A DNA stretch of 12,773 bases from an archaeon (GTDB taxonomy: Archaea; Iainarchaeota; Iainarchaeia; Iainarchaeales; CSSED10-239). The DNA is taken from contig JBAWVI010000020.1 in NCBI GenBank assembly GCA_037147375.1, forward strand, positions 1 through 12,773, written 5' to 3'. Shown here piece by piece: positions 7,416 through 12,531 of the stretch. Within the stretch, counting starts at the first letter, position 1. Each line of letters starts with the position of its first letter. The translations under genes and the position numbers were made by a program. The notes under the pieces are model-generated. The model saw only the letters and a list, made by a program, of their open reading frames with translations, had not been told where the DNA came from and searched no databases.

Positions 7416-8594
7416 TTAATTGTATTTTTTAACTAATTTACTTAATTCTCTTTCTATTTTTGCAAGTATAATTGCTTTGTTTCTATTTGTTTTGTATGTT
7501 TCTAAATTTGTTAATTCAATGTGTTCTTTTAAAGGATTTCCAAATCTTATGTTTTCCTTTCTTTCTGGACTTATTTTTTTAGTAATTTCTTCAATCCTTT
7601 GATTTAATTCTTCTTTTGTATGATTTTCTATTGTTGGTAATCTTGTATATATGTTTCTTTGGTTTTCAGCAAGTACTCTAAGTCTTAGTTTATTTTTTTC
7701 AAAATCATATGATTCAATAAGTTCCCTTTCTTTTTTTCTAGTAATTTGACTTTCAGAAATTAGAGATTCTGTTTTCTTTCTTATATTTTCAATTAATTGT
7801 AACTTAATTGAATTTAGAGACCTTCTTACTATTTCTGAATTACCTAAATTCAATCCATACTTGTGATTGTTGATTATTTCTTTTATTCTTCTTTCTTTAA
7901 GAAGTATGTTTTGTTTAGCGTCTTCAACTATTATTGTAGTATCTCTTATTTTAAGTTTAGGAAATGTATTTTGTATTTCGTTTGCAAGAACTAATATTTT
8001 ATTTTCTAAATCATGATATGGTATGGTTTGTGTCTTTTTGTCTTTAGCTAATCTTTCAATTAATTTATTTGTTTTTTCTAAGTCAAATATACGTTTATAT
8101 CTATTTAGAAACATCCTGTATTCATAATTTTTATGAGCAAAATTACTTATTTTATTTAACTCTTCTTTCTTTTCTGTTAATTTTCTATTAATTGTTTCAG
8201 TTTCCTGTTTAATCTCATTATATTTATCAATTTCATCTAGTATTTCTATTAATTTCTTTTTTTCTTTAATAAGTTCTATACCTACATTTAAAGATTCTGT
8301 TTTCTTGTTAAAATTATGTGATCTTTCAATTTCTTTTACATCTGATAGAACTGGATTTTGAGCAAGATCTATTAAATATTTAATTTTTTGTTTATCTTCT
8401 GGATTAATATTTCCTTTTTTACCTAGTTTTTGAAGATGTATTTTTATTTCTTGATTTCTTTCAGAAATTGTTTCATTATTTATTTTATTAAATGAATGTA
8501 AGTTAGGTTCAGTTAATCTCTTTAAATTATTAAGTTCTTCAGGAGTTTTAATTTTAAATCCTTTCTTTTCAATTTTTCTTTTTAATGCAGGCAT
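7416..8594 (-). CDS. Hypothetical K/E/N/I-rich coiled-coil protein, 392 aa
   Basis: Long uninterrupted ORF with an ATG start and heptad-like charged, low-complexity sequence throughout. No TM segment, no catalytic motif. It is the first gene of the tightly spaced minus-strand cluster. Confidence 0.6.
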   Translation of the reverse strand: MPALKRKIEKKGFKIKTPEELNNLKRLTEPNLHSFNKINNETISERNQEIKIHLQKLGKKGNINPEDKQKIKYLIDLAQNPVLSDVKEIERSHNFNKKTESLNVGIELIKEKKKLIEILDEIDKYNEIKQETETINRKLTEKKEELNKISNFAHKNYEYRMFLNRYKRIFDLEKTNKLIERLAKDKKTQTIPYHDLENKILVLANEIQNTFPKLKIRDTTIIVEDAKQNILLKERRIKEIINNHKYGLNLGNSEIVRRSLNSIKLQLIENIRKKTESLISESQITRKKERELIESYDFEKNKLRLRVLAENQRNIYTRLPTIENHTKEELNQRIEEITKKISPERKENIRFGNPLKEHIELTNLETYKTNRNKAIILAKIERELSKLVKKYN

Positions 8595-8612
8595 AGTTAT
8601 AGCACATTTTAG

Positions 8613-8618
8613 TATATA
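8613..8618 (-). promoter_or_regulatory. Candidate TATA box for the minus-strand operon. Its position would imply a leaderless or near-leaderless mRNA.
   Basis: TATATA is centred about 21-24 nt upstream of the ATG at 8594. I saw no SD-like purine motif in between. The AT-rich background makes chance matches likely. Confidence 0.3.
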
Positions 8619-8709
8619 CTTAATAAAATAAGAGTAATTAGATAGTTTTTAATAACCTTCTTTTGTTTGAATTAAATAGAAAATAGATTAAATTAAATAA
8701 AGAAAAGAG

Positions 8710-8781
8710 TGCATCTATCGAGATTCGAACTCGAGTCTAAAGCTTGGAGGGCTCTCATACTAACCACTGTACTATAGATGC
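8710..8781 (-). tRNA. tRNA-Gly (anticodon UCC), 72 nt including discriminator A73, CCA not encoded
   Basis: Manual cloverleaf on the minus strand: GCATCTA / TA / GTAC-AGTGGTTA-GTAT / G / AGAGC-CCTCCAA-GCTTT / AGAC / TCGAG-TTCGAAT-CTCGA / TAGATGC / A. The acceptor and T stems are fully paired, and the D and anticodon stems pair with one G-U each. GG is in the D-loop and the T-loop is canonical TTCGAAT. G1-C72 and C2-G71 fit Gly identity. Position 33 is C rather than U. Confidence 0.85.
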
Positions 8782-8806
8782 TTCTATATAATATAGAATA
8801 AACAAG

Positions 8807-8814
8807 TTTTTAAA
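8807..8814. promoter_or_regulatory. Near-palindromic TATA-like element (TTTTTAAA / TTTAAAAA) positioned for both tRNA-Gly (-) and fen (+)
   Basis: It lies 26-33 nt upstream of the tRNA-Gly 5' end at 8781 on the minus strand. It lies 37-44 nt upstream of the fen ATG at 8851 on the plus strand. An SD-like AGGAGTGGAG sits just before that ATG. Confidence 0.35.
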
Positions 8815-8850
8815 TGCTTTTCTGCATCAAATTATTTTAGGAGTGGAGTT

Positions 8851-9891
8851 ATGGGTATTGCATTTTCTGGTTTAATTGATTCTTGTAAGGTTAAGTTTGA
8901 TTTAAATAACCTAAAGAATAAAAGATTAGGGTTTGATGCATACAATGTTCTATTTCAATTTGTTACAACCATTAGAGGAATTGATGGTGAATCTCTAAAG
9001 AATGAGAGAGGAGAAGTAACAAGTCATTATTCTGGTTTATTTTATAGGCTTATGAATATTTCTAAATATACTACAGATATTACTTTTGTGTTTGATGGGG
9101 TTAGCCATGAGCTTAAAGGTAAAACAAAAGAAGAGAGAAGAGGAAGAAGAGAGGTTGCTAAAGAGAACTATCAAAAAGCTTTTGATGAAGGTAATCTTCA
9201 AGACATGCATAAGTTCGCTCGTCAAGCAGCAACTATTGATTCAAAGATAATTAGTGAATCAAAGGAATTAATTCTTGCTATGGGTTTATCATATATAGAT
9301 GCACCTGGTGAAGCAGAAGCTCAAATATCTTATCTAACACGCAATAATCTACTTGATTATACTATATCTCAAGATTATGATTGTATTCTTTTTGGTTCTC
9401 CTCATCTTTTAAAGAATGTTGCGGTTTCTGGTAAGAAGAAAATACCACACAAGAACGTTTATGTTGAGGTTAATCCAGAAATTATTCATGCTGAATGTAT
9501 ATACACTAAGCTTAATCTAACGTATGATAAGCTTCTTTGGTTATCTCTCTTAATTGGAACAGATTTTAATGAAAAGGTTGAAGGAATCGGACCACAAACT
9601 GCATATAAGCTTGTACAAAAATATAATTCATTTGAAGAAATAGAAGCATACCTTAAAGAAAAAGGAAAAAGTGTTCCATTCAATTATAAAGAAATAGAAG
9701 ATATATTTAGAAATCCAAATATAACTACTTCTCCTGAAATCAAGAAAGGAGTTTTCTCTAGAGACGCTATTGAAAACATATTAATTAATAAAGCAGGTTC
9801 TTCAAGCGATAGAGTAAAGAATCAACTAGATGAATATCTTAAAGAAAGAGAAGAGAGAAATAAACAAAGAACAATAAATAAATGGTTTTAA
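8851..9891 (+). CDS. fen: Flap endonuclease 1 (FEN1), archaeal type, 346 aa
   Basis: XPG-N/XPG-I motifs: FDAYNVLFQF, VFDG, DAPGEAEAQ, SQDYDCILFG. H3TH region GIGPQTAYKLV. A PCNA-interacting PIP box (QRTINKWF) forms the extreme C-terminus. Confidence 0.95.
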   Translation: MGIAFSGLIDSCKVKFDLNNLKNKRLGFDAYNVLFQFVTTIRGIDGESLKNERGEVTSHYSGLFYRLMNISKYTTDITFVFDGVSHELKGKTKEERRGRREVAKENYQKAFDEGNLQDMHKFARQAATIDSKIISESKELILAMGLSYIDAPGEAEAQISYLTRNNLLDYTISQDYDCILFGSPHLLKNVAVSGKKKIPHKNVYVEVNPEIIHAECIYTKLNLTYDKLLWLSLLIGTDFNEKVEGIGPQTAYKLVQKYNSFEEIEAYLKEKGKSVPFNYKEIEDIFRNPNITTSPEIKKGVFSRDAIENILINKAGSSSDRVKNQLDEYLKEREERNKQRTINKWF

Positions 9892-9894
9892 TTT

Positions 9895-10770
9895 ATGGCC
9901 GAGTTTAGAAAACTAACATCCAGAGATATAGTAGAAAGTATTTATTCATTTAATTATTTATATAATAATAAATTTCATATTACTAATAAAGAAGATATTT
10001 TAAGATTATGTAATATAAGCACAAATCAACAAGATGCTGAAAGGTTAGTTAAATTATTTCTTGTTCTTCCAGATAACTTAAGCTTTGAAGAAAGATTAAG
10101 CTCATTAAAATTAAATTATAATTTTTTTAAAAATACAAATATTTCAGAAATAATTAATAAGGATAAGGCGTTTCAAAATATTTCTTCTTCTATCTTTAAA
10201 ACTCATGTTGAATCAATTTACCAATATAATGTGATTGGAAAAGATGGAACTCACTTTGCAAGTTTTGATTTTTATTTTAGTATAAATAAACATAAGAAAG
10301 TTGAATTGATTATTAATAACTTACAAGGAGAAAATATTAAAAGATTAAAAGAAGTTCCAAAGGAATTAAAAACAATTAATTGGAGATTAATAATTACTAA
10401 AAATCTTGCGGATTTTGGTAAGAGGATGGGTGCGACTGTTATTGGTAATTTTCCAAAGCACTATTCTCAAGATGGAGTCACTGATAAAGAATACCTTCGT
10501 CAACTTGAAACTTATCTATTAACTTATTTAAAGGCAGATATCAAACCTGAAAACATTAGTTTAAGAAATATTGAAAATCCAGAATATAAGTTTGAGTTTA
10601 AGAAAACATTAGATTTATTGAAATCTAAACCAGAGTATGAAATCAAAAAAATAACAAGAGCTTTTGAATCTCAAAGGTATAGAGATCAAGTTCCTAAAGA
10701 ACAAACTAAAAAAAGTAATCAATTGGAAATTAAATTTCCAAAAAGAATTATTAAAAATAAGATAAAATAA
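9895..10770 (+). CDS. Hypothetical protein, 291 aa, starting 3 nt after the fen stop codon
   Basis: Long ORF with an ATG start and same-strand tight linkage to fen. I recognise no motif. The C-terminus is lysine-rich. Confidence 0.6.
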   Translation: MAEFRKLTSRDIVESIYSFNYLYNNKFHITNKEDILRLCNISTNQQDAERLVKLFLVLPDNLSFEERLSSLKLNYNFFKNTNISEIINKDKAFQNISSSIFKTHVESIYQYNVIGKDGTHFASFDFYFSINKHKKVELIINNLQGENIKRLKEVPKELKTINWRLIITKNLADFGKRMGATVIGNFPKHYSQDGVTDKEYLRQLETYLLTYLKADIKPENISLRNIENPEYKFEFKKTLDLLKSKPEYEIKKITRAFESQRYRDQVPKEQTKKSNQLEIKFPKRIIKNKIK

Positions 10771-10771
10771 A

Positions 10772-10794
10772 AACAAAGTAAGATTTACTTTGTT
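10772..10794. terminator. Perfect 10-bp hairpin (AACAAAGTAA-gat-TTACTTTGTT) between convergent genes
   Basis: The arms at 10772-10781 and 10785-10794 are exact reverse complements. The 3' arm overlaps the stop codon and last codons of rpl40e. The element sits 1 nt after the stop of the 291-aa gene. Confidence 0.4.
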
Positions 10795-10937
10795 CTCTTT
10801 CCTTTCTTCTTTGCTCTCATTCTAATTGAGCCGCATCTCTTACAAAAAGTTGGTTTAAGCTTAGCACGTGATACTCCATTACATGCCATACAAACCCACA
10901 TGTGTTTTAATCTTCTTTCCTTTGCTAATGTTTCCAT
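10785..10937 (-). CDS. rpl40e: Ribosomal protein eL40 (L40e), 50 aa, not in the supplied ORF track
   Basis: Manual translation: METLAKERRLKHMWVCMACNGVSRAKLKPTFCKRCGSIRMRAKKKGKRTK. It has the CxxC...CxxC zinc-ribbon spacing and the basic tail typical of archaeal L40e (pattern K.IC.RC.A.N......C.KCG...LR.K). Confidence 0.8.
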   Translation of the reverse strand: METLAKERRLKHMWVCMACNGVSRAKLKPTFCKRCGSIRMRAKKKGKRTK

Positions 10938-11074
10938 AAATCTTCACTTTTACTCCACGGTTTTAGGTTGAAATTAATATTAGTCTAAATATAATTAGCT
11001 TACCTTTAATAATATAGAAAACAAATATTATATAAATAAATCGCTTCTTAAATTATAATAGGCTGTTTTTGTAA

Positions 11075-11085
11075 TTTATTAATAT
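11075..11085 (+). promoter_or_regulatory. Candidate TATA box for tRNA-Glu
   Basis: TTTATTAATAT lies at about -32 to -22 relative to the tRNA 5' end at 11107. Specificity is low in this AT-rich context. Confidence 0.3.
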
Positions 11086-11106
11086 TTTACATTAGAGCTA
11101 TTGGTT

Positions 11107-11180
11107 GCCCCGATAGTGTAGCCCGGTAATCACTTTGGCCTTTCAAGCCGACAACATGGGTCCGAATCCCATTCGGGGCA
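11107..11180 (+). tRNA. tRNA-Glu (anticodon UUC), 74 nt including discriminator A73, CCA not encoded
   Basis: Manual cloverleaf: GCCCCGA / TA / GTGT-AGCCCGGTAAT-CAC / T / TTGGC-CTTTCAA-GCCGA / CAAC / ATGGG-TCCGAAT-CCCAT / TCGGGGC / A. The acceptor stem is a perfect 7 bp. The D-arm (GTGTAGCCCGGTAATCAC) resembles the archaeal tRNA-Glu D-arms as I recall them. The T-loop reads TCCGAAT, so position 55 is C. Confidence 0.85.
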
Positions 11181-11186
11181 TGATCC

Positions 11187-11209
11187 CTTTCTTTTTGAAA
11201 AAAAGAAAG
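11187..11209 (+). terminator. Perfect 10-bp hairpin with an internal T5 tract, immediately 3' of tRNA-Glu
   Basis: CTTTCTTTTT-gaa-AAAAAGAAAG: arms 11187-11196 and 11200-11209 are exact reverse complements. The T5 run at 11192-11196 would fit an archaeal oligo-T termination signal. Confidence 0.4.
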
Positions 11210-11337
11210 TGATTCAATTCCCAAAGAAAAATACTTTGGTAAAATAAGGAAAAAGAAACAAAAAATTATTCTCAAAAGAAAGAAAAGTATTCTTTTCCAA
11301 AAATAAATAATAATTAACAAAATGTGAAGTGAAAAAA

Positions 11338-11469
11338 ATGGGTACAAGAAAAAAAGATTCTAGTAGGTTTAAGAAAACCAGATCCAGAGAAAGATGGAAA
11401 TGGAAGAAGAAGAAGATGAGAGAGAAGAAGAGAGAAAGAAAATATTTAAGAAAGAGAGCTGCTTCATAA
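11338..11469 (+). CDS. rpl41e: Ribosomal protein eL41 (L41e)-like, 43 aa, extremely basic, not in the supplied ORF track
   Basis: Manual translation: MGTRKKDSSRFKKTRSRERWKWKKKKMREKKRERKYLRKRAAS. The core RWKWKKKKMR..KRERK..RKR matches the eL41 pattern (KW[KR]KK[KR]MRRLKRKRRK). It is followed by a hairpin plus T-tracts. K/R-rich ORFs can arise by chance in purine-rich DNA, hence the moderate confidence. Confidence 0.65.
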   Translation: MGTRKKDSSRFKKTRSRERWKWKKKKMREKKRERKYLRKRAAS

Positions 11470-11508
11470 ATTTAAATGAAGCAATCCTTCCCTTTTTTCC
11501 TTTTTTTT
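11460..11508 (+). terminator. Hairpin (8 bp, overlapping the rpl41e stop codon) followed by T6 and T8 tracts
   Basis: TGCTTCAT (11460-11467) pairs with ATGAAGCA (11476-11483). T6 lies at 11493-11498 and T8 at 11501-11508. Confidence 0.5.
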
Positions 11509-11557
11509 ATTTTTCTAATTTTTTTAATTAAAAGTATGCTATATTTGTTGGACAACC

Positions 11558-12019
11558 ATGAAGCAAAAATCTGATTGTGTATTTTGCAAGATTGCTAAGA
11601 AAGAACTTGAAGCTGCAATTATATATGAAGATAAAGAGTTTATAGCTATTTTAGATGGACATCCAAATATTAAAGGTGCAACTCTTGTATTAACTAAAGA
11701 ACATTATGGTTCTTACGTTTTTGATTTACAAGATAAAGTATATACTAAGTTACTATTAACTTCAAAGAAGGTTGCAAAGATTCTTGAAAAAGGATTAGGT
11801 GTTAAGAAAGTTGCAATGGTTTTTGAAGGACAAGGAGTAAATCACATTCATACCAAACTATATCCTATGCCTAAGATTAATGATTCTAAATTTGGAGAAT
11901 TATCTGGTAATATCTATTTTAAGAAATATCCAGGATATATCACAACATTAGTTGGGCCTAAAATGGATATCAAGAAAAGGCAAAAGATTGCTAAGGAAAT
12001 ATTATTAAAGAGTAAATAA
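11558..12019 (+). CDS. Divergent HIT-family protein, 153 aa, with the third triad histidine replaced by lysine (HxHxK)
   Basis: It has the N-terminal CVFCKI motif. The motif region EGQGVNHIHTKLYPM aligns to the canonical GQxVxHxHxHxxP, giving H-I-H-T-K. Confidence 0.8.
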   Translation: MKQKSDCVFCKIAKKELEAAIIYEDKEFIAILDGHPNIKGATLVLTKEHYGSYVFDLQDKVYTKLLLTSKKVAKILEKGLGVKKVAMVFEGQGVNHIHTKLYPMPKINDSKFGELSGNIYFKKYPGYITTLVGPKMDIKKRQKIAKEILLKSK

Positions 12020-12022
12020 ATT

Positions 12023-12514
12023 ATGAAGAAAGATTTCAATAAAGCTCTTTTTTTTATTATAGATATATTACATAAGGAAAAAATAAACTATTTTGTATTT
12101 GGTTCATCTTCCTTAAAGATAAGAGGATTAACTAAGATTGTTAAAGATATAGATATTGTTATTTCATATAAAGATCTTAAAAAACTTGACAAAGCAATCT
12201 CTAAATACAAGAATATTACTTTTAACACTAAAGATCATAATTATAGGATTGGTGGATTATTAAATTTTAACGTATTTGGAACAGAAATTGAGGTTATGGC
12301 TTTTAAAAGCAATTCTGAAGACAAGCTTGCTTTATCTGTTCTCAAAGACCCAAAACTTAGAGAAACAGTAGTTTACAAGAAAAAGAAGGTAATTCTTGTT
12401 AAACTAGGAATACTTCTTAAAATGTATAGGTATATATACTTATTAAGAGGAGAGAGAAAACATCTTAAAAGAATAGAACTTCTTGAAAAATTAACTATTA
12501 ATTACGATATATAA
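12023..12514 (+). CDS. Small putative Pol-beta-superfamily nucleotidyltransferase-like protein, 163 aa. Function is tentative.
   Basis: FGSSSLKIRGLTKIVKDIDIV fits the minimal nucleotidyltransferase signature hG[GS]-x(9-13)-DxD. A downstream acidic strand (TEIEVMAF) could supply the third carboxylate. The size is similar to stand-alone ANT/Lnu-like enzymes. It starts 3 nt after the HIT-variant stop. Confidence 0.5.
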   Translation: MKKDFNKALFFIIDILHKEKINYFVFGSSSLKIRGLTKIVKDIDIVISYKDLKKLDKAISKYKNITFNTKDHNYRIGGLLNFNVFGTEIEVMAFKSNSEDKLALSVLKDPKLRETVVYKKKKVILVKLGILLKMYRYIYLLRGERKHLKRIELLEKLTINYDI

Positions 12515-12531
12515 ATAAAATTTGATTTATC

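Noticed and set aside
7420-7602. 60-aa plus-strand ORF
   Set aside because: It is antisense to the 3' end of the 392-aa coiled-coil gene. Its Phe/Leu/Ser-rich sequence mirrors the K/E/N-rich sense frame, and it has no independent signals.
9037-9683. Two minus-strand ORFs (62 aa at 9037-9225 and 65 aa at 9486-9683)
   Set aside because: Both are antisense inside the unambiguous FEN1 gene.
8710-11180. Possibility that the segment bounded by tRNA-Gly and tRNA-Glu is a tRNA-targeted integrated element
   Set aside because: Its contents are housekeeping genes (FEN1, eL40). There is no integrase or recombinase. I found no direct repeat of either tRNA 3' end, and no visible compositional break.
11087-11347. 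86-aa minus-strand ORF from the track
   Set aside because: It runs antisense straight through tRNA-Glu (11107-11180) and the purine-rich spacer. The Phe/Leu/Ile-rich product is the complement of poly-purine DNA. The tRNA and the eL41 ORF explain the region better.
11190-11460. Purine-rich (GAAA/AGAA) low-complexity stretch that looks like a tandem repeat or ncRNA
   Set aside because: I found no exact periodic repeat unit. The 3' part is explained by the Lys/Arg codons (AAG/AGA/AAA) of the eL41 ORF. The 5' part holds only short hairpins. I saw no C/D-box (TGATGA...CTGA) or other ncRNA signature.
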